Assembly: GCA_951406725.2 (NCBI GenBank)
Contig: OX597816.1
Coordinates: 30,628,001 to 30,692,000 of the forward strand
DNA: 64,000 nt
Direction of reading: 5' to 3'
DNA from: Octopus vulgaris
Taxonomy: Eukaryota
Shown: one piece after another, positions 1 through 12,845 of the stretch
Layout of the letters: every line of letters begins with the position of its first letter
Numbering within the stretch: position 1 is the first letter of the stretch
The notes under the pieces: generated by a model
Database searches by the model: none
Told to the model about the DNA's origin: nothing
What the model saw: the letters and a program-made list of their open reading frames with translations, nothing else
Made by a program: the position numbers and the translations under genes

Positions 1-430
1 TTGTTTTAAGCTTGATATTGGGGATATACGGGATCTTTTCACGGAAGCCACTTATCTGGAGAGCCTGATTATAATACGGGACATGACTCAAAAATTTCTT
101 CCGCGATTCTGATATAAATACCTATTATTAAGAGTAAGTTTAGGGTGATCTGATAGGGTGTTGATATATTGTAGAAACTGATTTGGTTTATGGAAAGGGT
201 GATATAGATTTGTATTTAAGTCCAGAATAACGTCTATGAAATTGGCCACATTTGTTTCATTTTTGATTGAGATACTCATGTTATAGTTTTTCAAAAGTTT
301 GTTTAGGGATTTCCTAGTGCTTTCCACAGACGGCTGAGAAGTACTTCATCCCTGAAGAGCCCTCCAGAAATCTTAGGGGAGTACTAATTTTGGAAAGAAG
401 GAAATGACCTGGTACTACGGCCGTTGCAGT
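1..430 (-). mobile_element. Penelope-like element (PLE) reverse transcriptase fragment, decayed
   Basis: Minus strand reads GGLFRDE (degenerate YRDD), then ORF 88-327 ANFIDVILDLNTNLYHPFHKPN..YINTLSDHP, then PYYNQALQISG; these are PLE RT/thumb motifs. Frameshifted. Confidence 0.85.
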
Positions 431-454
431 CGATACTGGTGTTTCTGACGGTTA

Positions 455-1382
455 ATGCGTCGACACCACCGACGCTGGTGCCGTCGCCGTCGCCACCGCT
501 GCCACCGCTGCCACCGCCGCCACCTCCGCCGCCACCTCCGCCGCCACCTCCGCCGCCACCTCCGCCGCCACCTCGGCCGCCACCTCCGCCGCCACCTCCG
601 CCGCCGCTGCGAACCTTCACACATTCACGCCGCCGCTACCGCCGCCGCTACCGCTGCCGCCGCTATCGCTCCCGCCGCTATCGCTCCCGCCGCTATCGCT
701 CCCGCCGCTGTCGCTCCCGCCGCTCCCGCTGCCGCCGCTATCGCTGCCGCCGCTATCGCTGCCGCCGCTATCGCTGCCGCCGCTGTCGCTGCCGCCGCTG
801 TCGCTGCCGCCGCTGTCACTGCCGCCGCTGTCGCTGCCGCCGCTGTCGCTGCCGCCGCTGTCGCTGCCGCCGCTGTCGCTGCCGCCGCTATCGCTGCCGC
901 CGCTATCGCTGCCGCCGCTGACGCCGCTTTCGCTGCCGCCACTGCCGCCGCTAACGCCGCTAACGCCGCTAACGCCGCTAACGCCGCTAACGCCGCTAAC
1001 GCCGCTAACGCCGCTAACGTCGCTGCCGCTAACGCCGCTGTCGCTAACGCCGCTGCCGCTAACGCCGCTGCCGCTGCCGCTGCCGCTAACGCCGCTACCG
1101 CTGCCGCCGCTACCGCCGCCGCTACCGCTGCCGCCGCTACCGCTGCCGCCGCTACCGCTGCCGCCGCTACCGCTGCCGCCGCTACCGCTACCGCCGCTAC
1201 CGCTGCCGCTGCCACCGCTACCGCTGCCGCCGCTGCCGCTGCCGCCGCTGCCGCCGCTGCCGCCGCTGCCGCTACCGCCGCTGACGCCGCTACCGTCGCT
1301 GCCGCTGCCACCGCTGCAGCTAACGCACTCCCGCTAACGCCGCTCCCGCTAACGCCGCTCCCGCTAACACCGCTCCCGTTGT
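455..1382. repeat. GC/CpG-rich composite minisatellite (12-, 15- and 9-mers on a GCC/GCT base)
   Basis: Successive arrays (CCGCCACCTCCG)n, (CGCTATCGCTSCCGC)n, (GCTAACGCC)n, (GCC/GCT)n and (CCGCTAACGCCGCTC)n. The poly-Pro/Ala/Arg ORFs are by-products. Confidence 0.9.
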
Positions 1383-1385
1383 CGC

Positions 1386-1419
<34 letters not shown>

Positions 1420-1433
1420 TTATACACACTTAC

Positions 1434-1850
1434 ATGTAGTGATTGCTCAATCTTCACAGAGAATTGCCTTCTTTTGATTCCACATTTTCAATGACATTAC
1501 CCTCAATGACTTCTCAGATTAATGCAATGTATCACTGCTTAATGCTCCTACTTCGTTCCCAGTCCACAAACATAACAAAATTGTCCACAGACATGACAAA
1601 ACACATCAGGATGATTTCTACACTGTCCTAACATTGTTGACACTATAAAACAAATAAGGAAATAGATACAAACGGCTCATACTTAAACAGAATTTGAGAT
1701 GAATCAATATTTCATCAAACCAATTACGACAGGACAATTTCAGATGTTGAAATACCTATTTCATCAGACAAAACTTGATTGGTTAATTTAAAATGATGAA
1801 ATATCACATCTGAACCACGCAGCAATGAATAATGTAGTTTATTTTAAAGG
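1434..1850 (-). mobile_element. DNA transposon 5' remnant with transposase N-terminus (CxNxPDxFCxxCG type; superfamily uncertain, possibly Sola)
   Basis: Minus strand from about 1634 reads MLGQCRNHPDVFCHVCGQF then hits a stop; preceded by a splice-acceptor-like tttgttttatag. Confidence 0.55.
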
Positions 1851-2728
1851 TATGTTTCCATAATGTAAAGGAAATACATGCATACACATCAATAATTGGA
1901 ATTTCTATATAATGCATGAGCTAAAACCAAAGAACTTTCTCATCTTGAAAACTGTACGTAATGTCAAAAACTAATCATATATTTGAAATCATCATTAAAA
2001 ACTACATGAAGTATATATTGGCATATGCTTGACGAAAAAAAATGTATTTAACGTATAGCATCCCAACCGTGTGTTGCCATCTCCAAACTGTTGTTATCGG
2101 TTATCTAAATCTGAAGAGTTAGATTAGTTTTACATGCACGAAACCGAATGAAACTGCAAATAAATAGTGTTTGTAGCTCCTACTAAATGAGCTGATTGTC
2201 GCTTTCTTTCGTTTATCCAATTGCTCATACAACAATCCGTCTGGAGCATAGTATAGCTGAAATTGTGTTCTTGGGAGAGAACGAAAATCCTCAGTTCATA
2301 CGCTACAGATGATCACGATATCTGGATCAATAAAAAAACCAATAAGACATTCTTTAGATTTAAAAGATGATGAACAAAACAAAATGCTTTCCATCACAAC
2401 TTTATTACGAAGCATATGACCGGTCAAAATCTATTCTAAATTAAACAGACACAGAGAACATACGTACAAACATACAGACGTACATACATACATACATACA
2501 GACGTACAGACGTACGTACATACATACATACATCTTCATAGATACATATACACACATGTACACATGCATACCTACACAAATGCTTTTACAGGCACACGCA
2601 TAAGCACAAACACAACCATATACGTCAATTAGATACGAAGGTTCAAATGCAAGCATTCAATAATCTCTATATGAATTGGTATATAGATGAATAATATGGT
2701 AGACAGATAGAAAGACATCAATATATAT

Positions 2729-2780
<52 letters not shown>

Positions 2781-2787
<7 letters not shown>

Positions 2788-3507
2788 TGAGGGAGATAAA
2801 TTAATATTAATTTCAATATCAATTTAAAACCAGTAGTCCAGCATACAAAAGATCTGAGAAATCAGAGAAAATTCTAAGACTGCTAGGTGGTCGGCCGTAT
2901 GCTAGAAATAGATCATCAACGATCATACTAGAAAGAAAGTTCTCTACAGGAAAAATTCAGCGAACACCAGAACCAAATTTGGCGGGCAGGACATGAAAAT
3001 TTATATAAAAAACAGAATTAATTGCATACCTCGGTTTCGGCCTTATACAAAAGAATTACTTACATAATTCAAATGTCCGTAGCTTCATCAGTACAATTGT
3101 TCAGTGTAAATGCAATCTGAAAAACTAACTCCAGCTTTCTGTGCCAAAACAGACACGTGTTTAGTTTTGCCGATTACATTAGGAATAAAATTTCAAATGT
3201 CTTAGTTCCGGCGCGCTGAAGAATTCCTGAAGCGAAGAACTGCAGTAAATAATTCACTGCGGTTAGTGCTTGCTACTAGAGAACGTATTTATTTCAATAT
3301 TTAAATAATGAAAGAGATAAATTAATATTAATTTCAATATCAATTTTAAACCAGTAGTCCAGCATACAAAAAATCTGAGAAATCAGAGAAAATTCTAATA
3401 CATGTGTATATTGGCATATGTGTATATGTGTATATTTCTTTGTAGTATGATCGATTATGATCTATTTCTAGCATACGGCCGACTACCTAGCAGTCTTGCC
3501 CTGCCAA
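2781..3507 (-). mobile_element. PLE-type pseudo-LTR module with direct and inverted terminal duplications, between (TA)n tracts
   Basis: About 97-bp direct repeat at 2781-2877 and 3302-3398; about 55-bp inverted repeat at 2876-2930 and 3443-3497; contains a hammerhead motif; flanked by (TA)n. Confidence 0.7.
3020..3098 (-). ncRNA. Type I hammerhead ribozyme motif (large stem II)
   Basis: Minus strand: aattgta-CTGATGA-agct..38 nt..ggcc-GAAA-ccgagg-TA-tgcaatt. 7-bp stem I; the first stem II pair is mismatched. Confidence 0.75.
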
Positions 3508-3513
3508 TATATA

Positions 3514-3561
<48 letters not shown>

Positions 3562-3733
3562 TATATGTAGGCAAAAAAAATTATATATATATAGAGAGAG
3601 AATTATAGGAGACTGGTTTCTCTATCTTCATCACCGATTCCATCTGCATATATAGATACATAGATGTATATCTACATCTAAGTAACTATCTGTATGTTTG
3701 TCTGTATGACTCTTTCTCTGTATATATATAGAG

Positions 3734-3786
<53 letters not shown>

Positions 3787-4656
3787 TAGATACATACATA
3801 CATACGTACATAATGCACACATATATATAGAGAGAGAGACACACACACAGATACACACATATTCTTAATCTTTCATTTCACTTAACCATTGTGAATATTC
3901 TGGCTTAAATTAAGCTGAAAATTTTATTTAATATTCTCTTCGTTTAATGGTCCTGGTTAATTTTACTTGGATTCTTTTCACATGGAGCTTCTTCATTTTA
4001 TAACTGAAGCTGAATTAAGTGGTCCAGCATTGCTATGCGCGCGCGAGTGCGTCTCTGTGTGTATGTGTATGTGTATTCACACACACATACATATATTCAT
4101 AATCAGATTATCAGATGGATAGACAGATAGAAAATAGATAATACACTTATCTAAAGAGAACGAGTGAATGAGAAAGTGATTGTATAAGAAGGAGGGTAGG
4201 TAAAATCTATGGTGCGTATTTCGGTAATGTGACCGGTGACGTATATATTTCATGTAATGCACACACAGAGACACAGACAAACAGACAGATACTGAGACAG
4301 ACAGACGCATATGTATGCATGTGTGTGTGTGTGTATGTATACCGCTTTTATATGTATTCGTATATACATATTCGCATTTATTTATACTTAAGAATACCGA
4401 ATATGTATCCGTGCATAAATATAATTCCTTTCTGCCTTCCCACTCTCCATCTCGGCTGTTATATTTCCAACTCAAAGTTATAACAGAAAAAATTTAACAG
4501 AACTTTGTATTATCTTAAGATTTGTAGATGCAGAGAATATCTATATAATCAGATGTACTGAATCAGATTTTGAGAGAATTTAAATGAAATTTAAATTATG
4601 TCTAACGAGAGTATTTAAGTTTCTATTTGTCAGTTGAAGTCTTATCATTGTTTGGT

Positions 4657-5040
4657 GTGGAGGCGCAATGGCCCAGTGGTTAGGGCAGCGGACTCGCGGT
4701 CGTAGGATCGCGGTTTCGACTCCCAGACCGGGCGTTGTGAGTGTTTATTGAGCGAAAACACCTAAAGCTCCACGAGGCTCCGGCAGGGATGGTGGTGATC
4801 CTTGCTGTACTCTTTCACCACAACTTTCTCTCACTCTTACTTCCTGTTTCTGTTGTACCTGTATTTCAAAGGGCCGGCCTTGTCACTCTCTGTGTCACGC
4901 TGAATATCCCCGAGAACTACGTTAAGGGTACACGTGTCTGTTGAGTGCTCAGCCACTTACACGTTAATTTCACGAGCAGGCTGTTCCGTTGATCGGATCA
5001 ACCGGAACCCTCGTCGTCGTAACCGACGGAGTGCTTCCAC
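4657..5040 (+). mobile_element. tRNA-derived SINE, family A, full length
   Basis: A box TGGCCCAGTGG and B box GGTTTCGACTCC; 14-bp TSD TATCATTGTTTGGT (4643-4656 and 5041-5054); near-identical copies elsewhere in the window. Confidence 0.95.
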
Positions 5041-5059
5041 TATCATTGTTTGGTCTAAC

Positions 5060-6550
5060 TAATGACAGAAATTATTTCATTACGCGCTTCTCTTGTTAAA
5101 CAGAATGATGTTGGTGTTAATTAATCGACTCTCACTTGGCTGCCGGTTTAGAGGCGTCTAGTTGGATGTGAGTTTGCGTGACAGGTATGTTTTTCGATTT
5201 AAAATCGGTCCTAATATCTACGGGCGGCTAGAATTTTATACCCTTATACTCTTCGAGGTTAAAGTATGTCTACAATGGTATTTCTAGGTTATTACTTTGA
5301 AACATACTTATTGGGCGTATTTGTGGCGATAACAATAAGTTGGTTTTACTGCTGTTAGATGCTGTGAGCTGTCTTGGAGGTACATTTAACAAATGGAAAA
5401 TCCAGGTAGTAAGAAAAAAGGTGACAAAAATCTCTATGTGACGTTGGGAAATTCATTTCTATGATCTTAGAAACTCAAAATGAACCAAGACAAAGTAGCT
5501 TTACCCTCCGTATACCTGAAGCAGTGCATGCCTTCATGAATCTTCTTGAAGTCATAACCTCTCTTTCTTGTGTGCACTATGGACAATTGGTAAGATTTCG
5601 GAAATTACTGATTGCATTGTGAAGTAAAGGATGTGAATGGATGTGTATTTACTTCGGCCGTTGCGTGCAATTCTGTAAGCTATATTATCTAAGTTATGGA
5701 AATTAAAAGACATTGTATATATATAATAGTTTGAGAGAAAACTCTTTGTAATTAGAGTGGGTAAGCGCATAGATTCATTAGCGAAAATATCACGAGTGAA
5801 TGAAAAGTTAAACCAGAATACATTCGCTTTTAAAACACTTTTCCGGTTTAAGTGTTATGATACGGTTCCTCTACATACAGAAAGTTAACACCAATTCTCC
5901 TTACTGACACCTCATTGAAAAAGGGACGACTGAACTGAAGGTACTCCCATTGGAAATTCTTCTGCTGATGCAAGTTTGTAATTACTAATGAGGTGGTCTC
6001 TCTTGGGCTTTGATGAGGTAGTATTTGCCTTCCGCGTGGTCTAATGTTACATCCAAGGAGTCGACATTTGTTAAATTGGTTGTAATATTTAAAATTTATC
6101 GTATTCTGCCAGGATTCATCTATGGGGTGACCGATCATATGGCATAAGATTACGATTTCATCTTTCTTCTTTGTACATGACCGTACTGTAAGAGAGTGTA
6201 CGGTTTTGCAGAGTAACCAGATTGCCCCGACGAGAGCAGCAACCTCAGGTCTATCCATGGATACGTCGAACAGTCGGCTGCCTTTCTTTAACTCACTAGG
6301 ACACATCATGAGACAGGGTTGATTTTCTACGGTTCATAATGATTTTGGTAAAGTGGTCGTTGTTTCACTGCAGTAAAATTAGTTGATTCAACCAGCGTCA
6401 CAGCTCCACTGAATGAACTGTGTTGATTGCTGATATCATTGATAACGTCATCGATGATGCATTTATTTGCAATGCAAGATGAGTTTCGTTTGAAGAAATT
6501 TTGTTATCTCTTCCTCGCAAGTCAGTCAACTACATAGCAATTCTTCCTTT
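5060..6550 (-). mobile_element. Penelope-like element RT to endonuclease region, heavily decayed
   Basis: ORF 5848-6309 KKGSRLFDVSMDRPEVAALVG matches the PLE motif FDVxMG..GAEVxELVG; the 3' end near 5070-5100 resembles the LNKRNEIIS end of PLE ORFs. Confidence 0.75.
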
Positions 6551-7171
6551 GGCCTATTGTCCTTCATTTTTCCTATCAAAAATATAAAATGTCATTAGTT
6601 GCTTTACTTGAGTGACCTGATACCAATCCTGGTCGAACAGATATATGCGCAATGGCATTCTATCAGAGACCAACATATCTGTTTTTCAGATATAGTGTTG
6701 TTTGAAATGCATTATTCAATATGTTTTATTAGTTTGAAAGCAGTAGTTTGTGATTCGATGTAGATTTCACAGCAGTTTTTAGCTGGTGGATCAACAGCCT
6801 ATAGACTTCCATTTTAAAGCACTATTCTTCATGAAATAAACTTTACAGATGTGATAATACATATCATTCCAAGCTTACTTTTAGTACTAGGAAAATGAAT
6901 AAGAAAACTCAGATTGTGATCGAGCTGATTACATCAACCCTAGAACTTGACTGGCACTTTATCTTATAGATGCTGAAAGGCTTAGAGGTAAAGTCGACCT
7001 TTGCGTGATTTGAACTCAGAATGTAAATAGTGAGAAATATAACATAAAAAATTTACCAAATAATGAAAATATTAATCGATGACAATTTGTTAAGAATATT
7101 TTAACGAACTGTTTATCATCTAATGATGTTGATAGCATAGTTTAATATGTTAACATAACCATTAATACTAT

Positions 7172-7402
7172 TTCTTTTGATTTGCTTCAGTCATTTGACT
7201 GCGGCCATGCTGGAGCACCACCTTTAGCCGAGCAAATCGACCCTAGGACTTATTCTTTGTAAGCCGAGTACTTATTCTATCGGTCTCTCATGCCGAACCG
7301 CTAAGTGACGGGGACGTAAACACACCACCATTGGTTGTCAAGCGATGTTGGGGGGACAAACACAGACACACAAACACACACACACACTCTCACACACACA
7401 CT

Positions 7403-7434
<32 letters not shown>

Positions 7435-7597
7435 CGACGGGCTTCTTTCAGTTTCCGTCTACCAAATCCACTCACAAGGCCTTGGTCGGCCCGAGGCTAT
7501 AGCAGAAGACAATTGCCCAAGGTGCCACGCAGTAGGGCTGAACCCGGAACCATGTGGTTGGTAAACAAGCTACTTACCACACAGCCACGCCTGCGCC
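7172..7597 (-). mobile_element. tRNA-derived SINE, family B (central TA/TG microsatellite)
   Basis: Reverse complement of GGCGCAGG(A/C)GTGGCTGTGTGGTAAG...GGTTCAG..CC head and ...CAGTCAAATGACTGAA tail shared with other copies. Confidence 0.92.
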
Positions 7598-8299
7598 TAT
7601 GTTAACTCGAAATAAGTGAGCACTAATCAAATAAACATAAGAACACTAAAATGCATATTAAGTTAATATTACTTGCTAAATGTGTCAACGCAATTTTAGC
7701 TAGCAACTATGCTAGTACTAATTAACTGCTCTGTAAGTTAGTACTGACATAACTATTAGATATGTGAAGGCTAAGTTATCTTTCAAATAGGTTAACACTA
7801 TTTACCTATTCAATATAGTATTCAGTAATTGATGTATTTAACAAACTAGCAGGAGCTGATCAGTTATTAAACATCTTGACACGAAAATATATTGTGTTGG
7901 TAATGAGTTAGGTATTAAATTCGTTAACCTATCAAGTTAACTTCTAACACGTTAATTGCATTTAACTCTCAGCTATTCAGCAGTTAAATAGATAAAATGT
8001 AACTACTTAACTATTAAATATATTAACAGTAACAACATAATTATCAAAACACAACTAAGCGTGAACTAGTAAAAGAAAATGTTTCATGGTGGTTCATTTT
8101 AATCAATTTACATGGTTTCTGTATTTTAAGGTGTCCACTGCGTTTTTTTCTCTAAAGATTTTCGCTGTGCAAAATGAGGAAAATAGCGGTAATAAGACAT
8201 CGACATTCGTGGGTAATGAAATATATTGTGTTAACATTGAGTGTTTAAAACGAGCGTCTGTTCTATGCGCTTATTTGTGAGAGTAGATCAGTTTTGTCT

Positions 8300-8695
8300 T
8301 GCGTGTGTATACCTGCGCTGTGTGACCGTGTGTTAGTTCAGGTATTTGAGCATGTGTATATGCTGTATATGAATACGCTTTATGTTTGTGTTTGTTATGT
8401 TTATTGTTTGTGTGTGTGTGATGTGTGTGCATATATTATGCGCATTATGTGAGAGGTTTATGCGTGTGTGTATGTGTGTGCGTGCTGCATATGTGATATT
8501 GTGTTGTATGAATGTGTTTGTGATGTTTGTATTTTTGCAAGTGCATCTGCATATATTTTCATGTGTGCTACTATGTAATTGAGCGTGTGTGTGTGTGACC
8601 AGGTACATGTGTCTGTGTGCGTGTGCGTATGAGCATGTGGCCATGTATATGTGTGTGTGTGTGAGCATGTTTGTGTGCGTGTGTCTGTGTCTCCT
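8300..8695. repeat. Degenerate (GT)n/(GTAT)n low-complexity tract
   Basis: TG-rich imperfect repeat. Confidence 0.8.
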
Positions 8696-9182
8696 TGTAT
8701 TTATGAGTGGAATTGTTAACTATTCTGCTTTTTCAATGACTTGAAAATTGACATTATTGAACGATTAATGAACAAAGAAAAAAATTAAACAGGACAATAA
8801 ATGAAATAATAATATCAACAACAACGACAAGAACAAAAACATCAGTAATTATAAATTTAAAAACTGAAATCTAAGAACCCCTTTTAAAAGAAACAAATTT
8901 AATTCCCCAAATTTTTTGTTATTTTTCATCAAAGTCTTTGAATTTCTTGGAATCAATATCAGCAGATGGCGAAGAATAATTATTAAAGATTATGGAAATT
9001 AGGCTCATCTTAATGAACATAAAGTAATTATAAAAATAACTAACAAAAAATATAAATGATTTTATCACAATGTTTGCCAAACTAGGGTTAACGAATATCT
9101 AAGCATTAGCAAAGTTACAAATTGCAATTTATTGCATTATTTAAAATAAAAGAAAAAACTGATTTATTTTTTATAATTTTTT

Positions 9183-9281
9183 TCAAACATCAAACAAGGC
9201 TTTGATACAGCCTATTCTGTCTTGACTTGCTTTCTTCAGCATGAAGTCCACGTTAGATATGGCTATGTCGGTAACAGGCTT
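9183..9281 (-). CDS. Possible terminal coding exon (unverified)
   Basis: About 30-nt pyrimidine tract plus AG on the minus strand, then KPVTDIAISNVDFMLKKASQDRIGCIKALFDV-stop, then AT-rich sequence with AATAAA. No homolog recognised. Confidence 0.2.
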   Translation of the reverse strand, partial: KPVTDIAISNVDFMLKKASQDRIGCIKALFDV

Positions 9282-9770
9282 CTTTTGCAGAGAAAAAAAA
9301 AACAAAAAGAAAAAGAAAAAACGAGCACTGGAATTCAAGCTCACTAGCTATGATGAGTAGTATCATGTCAAAAGTTTTCTACGATAGCTTTGGCTCCATG
9401 AAAATTACAACGATTCATCTTACTAGTGACGTAGATCCTCAAACACAACTTAGGCAATTTTTCCCCTTCCCTAATCCGTTACAAATTTTAAAATATATTT
9501 AGTTATATATTCATATACATCCTGCATATGGCTAATCTTTGTGTATCAAAATAACCCCCTAAGTTGTTTACTTTCTCTGCAAACCATGGTAGAGTAGAGC
9601 TATATGTGAACAACAGCGTTACACTTGTGGCTACCCTGCCATTTTTGTCCATATAAATTCTATAGTACCGTGTATCAAGCAATTTTATTGTAATTAGTGG
9701 TGTTCTTGCTATTGTCAAGAAGCGAGAAGGGTAAGAGCAGCCAGAAGAGGCAGAAACAACCCTAACGACA

Positions 9771-10369
9771 AGGCGGCGAGCTGGCAGAAACGTTAGCACG
9801 CTGGGCGAAATGTATAGCCGTATTTCGTTTGCCGTTACGTTCTGAGTTCAAATTCCGCCGAGGTCAACTTTGCCTTTCATCCTTTCGGGGTCGATTAAAT
9901 AAGTACCAGTTACGCACTGGGGTCGAAACAATCGACTTAATCTGTTTGTCTGTCCTTGTTTGTTCTCTCTCTGTTTAGCCCTTGTGTGTAGTAAAGAAAT
10001 AGGTATTTCGTCTGCCGTTACGTTCTAAGTTCAAATTCCGCCGAGGTCGACTTTGCCTTTCATCCTTTCGTGGTCGATAAATTAAGTACCAGTTACGCAC
10101 TGAGGTCGATGTAATCGATTTAATCCGTTTGTCTGTCCTTGTTTGTCCCCTCTGTGTTTAGCGCCTTGTGGCTAGTAAAGAAATAGGTATTTCGTCTGCC
10201 GTTATGTTCTAAGTTCAAATTCCGCCGAGGTCGACCTTGCCTTTCATCCTTTCGAGGTCGATAAATTAATTACCTGTTACGCACTGGGGTCGATGTAATC
10301 GACTCAATACGTTTGTCTGTCCTTGTTTGTCCCCGCTGTGTGTAACCCCTTGTGGGCAGTAAAGAAATA
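9771..10369 (+). mobile_element. SINE family C, head-to-tail trimer
   Basis: GGCGGCGAGCTGGCAGAAACGTTAG head plus three ~185-bp bodies; one 17-bp TSD pair AGAAACAAC(C/A)CTAACGA at 9752-9768 and 10370-10386. Confidence 0.92.
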
Positions 10370-11263
10370 AGAAACAACACTAACGATGGCAATTGCCTGT
10401 GCTGAAGACTGTCGCTAATCGCACCGCTATTGTTTTCAAAAAACAGGATCTAAATCTCTGAAAATGATTAGAACAGAGAGAAAATAATCCTCCATCTTTG
10501 GAGAAACAAACTCGGAGCGGATGAGCTAGGCGTCAGAGAAAACAGGGCCGGTCAAAGACTACCAGTTGCAGTTCCAACCTGATTGGACGGAGATGGTGAT
10601 GGGAGACATGTAACGAAACTGCCGAGGGCATTGCCAAAGGCTTAAGAGAAAGTCTTGGATTGCACGAATTTAATTGTATTTTCACAGAAGAAACACAAGT
10701 GACACGGGACAAGGGAAGAAGAATCAATCGCACAAATAAGGAGATAGTAACAGTAGCTACTTCTGACACGCCTTTGTTCTTTCTTGGTCCAAAAATGTCC
10801 ACAAAATTCCTAATGGAATATTCCTCCTACATTATCATTTCGTCATTTGCATTCACGTTGTGGTAATTTCGAGCATTCACTAACAATGTGCCATACTGTT
10901 TCAGACACGTTCTGCGTCTCCCAAGGCTCTCAAAATGTCATCAAAATGATGCAGTAGGTGCGTCAGGCAATCACTTCCATTACAGAATCCATGATGGTTG
11001 GAGTTCAGTATATTATTTCTCTCAATCTCATCTGTTGTTTTCATTTCTGTTCTTATTTATTCTCAGATCTGATAAACCATTCTATGATCAAACGTGTTTC
11101 ATTTATGACAATTCTGTCTTGTTTTGCCTATCAGGCTTTATTTACATCGACGTATCAACCAACAACGTCCCATCCTATTATTACGACGATTGGATGTAAT
11201 TTCGTGGAGAGTAGGTTTATATATATATATATACACAAACACACACATATATATAGACTGATT

Positions 11264-11334
<71 letters not shown>

Positions 11335-11345
11335 GGATAGATAGC
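11264..11345. repeat. (AGAT)n microsatellite
   Basis: Direct observation. Confidence 0.95.
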
Positions 11346-12450
11346 TATCTAATCGACAAACAAAGCCTCAGCTGATCGGTGGAATTATTGAGAAAGTTAA
11401 CATTGTAACGTCCAATAATGCTCATGTCCCTCTGGCCGTAATCCATTTTGCTTTCTTTCTTATGGGGCCGATGAAGTAAATTACCAGTAAAATACTGGAA
11501 TCAATGTAAGGAACATGTCCTTTAAAATTGTGATTAAATATCCTTTATTTTACGTCTGTTGGATAAAATATTTCAATCTGACTAGATAGACAGCATTTTC
11601 TACTGCTGCTATTTCTGTTATTGTTGTTGTTCCTGTTGCAGCTGCTGTTGCTGCTGTTGCTGTTTGTACCATGGTCATATATGGTCAAGCTGCTCTATGG
11701 ACGAATGCATCTCCGCTGTGGTCATCTCTACTTTCTATATGACATAGACTTTTATTGTACATAATTACGTTGTCTAAAGCAGTAGCATGTAATTTTAGAG
11801 ATATCAGTCAATTTAAGGTTTCACATAGAAGCACAACCATTGGTTCAAGGGGGCATAAGTTTCGTATCTGATAGGAAATATTTTCTAAAGCGTAACTAAT
11901 GCATGAATTTTGTTTCAGATTCGAGATTAAAAGCGTCGTCATGGTTCAGAACACTGGATTATCGCCTTACCTAGTATAAAATTGAAATGAATTGATAAAA
12001 AGATTGTATGACTGAGATGTGTAAATCGTGTCGAACACGAAAATATATTAAGATGAAGTCTAGTAGAACGACTTCTGCTGGAATCGAAACCCAGTTGCAA
12101 AGAGTGAATGTTAAAATATCTAACTGGTCATCCAACTTTCAAGAAATAGCAGCTACCTCTTCCCCATATCAAATTTCACTATTTGAAATAAAGAAATATC
12201 ACATTCCATAATTTAGTTCTCTACTGAATCAAATCAGTCACCTGTTGTCAATCAACTAATGGCCAAAAAGCTCAACATCTGGTTGTTATTTTATGTATAC
12301 TAGTTTAGACTCTTTTTGTCTACGCTATTGCCTTGTTGGATAATTAGTCCTGAGCATCGGCTTCATCACAGGGTTTCAACTCATAACATATACATTTAGA
12401 ATAGCCAGTCATCAGGTTCGATATTCTATGGCAATATAGTTATGGACCAT

Positions 12451-12845
12451 GGCAGCGAGCTAGCAGAAACGTTAGCACGCCGGGCGAAATGCTTAGCAGT
12501 ATTTCGTCTGCCGCTACGTTCTGAGTTAAAATTCCGCCGAGGTCGACTTTACCTTTCATCCTTTCGGGATCGATAAATAAAGTACCAGTTATGCACTGGG
12601 GTCGATGTAATCGACTTAATACCTATGTCTGTCCTTGTTTGTGCCCTCTGTGTTTAGCCCCTTGTGGGTAATAAAGAAATAGGTATTTCATCTGCCGTTA
12701 CGTTCTGAGTTCAAATTCCGCCGAGGTCAACTTTACCTTTGATCCTTTCGGGGTCGATAAATTAAATACCAGTTGCATACTGGGATCGATCTTATCGATT
12801 GGCCCCTTCCCCTAAATTTTCGGGCCTTGTGCCTAGAGTAGAAAA
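12451..12845 (+). mobile_element. SINE family C dimer
   Basis: Two bodies; TSD AATATA(G/T)TTATGGACCA at 12433-12449 and 12846-12862. Confidence 0.92.

Noticed and set aside
384-1477. Long poly-Ala/Pro/Gly/Arg ORFs (up to 340 aa), protamine- or antifreeze-like
   Set aside because: Open in several frames on both strands because the GCC-based repeat lacks stops; no splice or start context; runs into (TA)n.
1434-1642. 209-nt minus-strand host exon with good AG and GTAAGT signals
   Set aside because: The recognisable frame stops early and matches a transposase N-terminus, so it is treated as a transposon remnant.
4657-4735. tRNA genes at family A, B and C heads
   Set aside because: No acceptor-stem pairing; they continue into shared SINE bodies with TSDs.
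4741-4944. Recurrent ORF MFIERKHLKLHEAPAG.. (also 35558, 62280)
   Set aside because: Translation of SINE family A; frames differ among copies.
7600-8080. GTTAAC/TAACT-rich stretch
   Set aside because: No consistent period by eye; probably a decayed AT-rich repeat.
9771-10369. CRISPR-like or satellite array
   Set aside because: Units are ~185-bp SINE bodies with no unique spacers; eukaryotic context.
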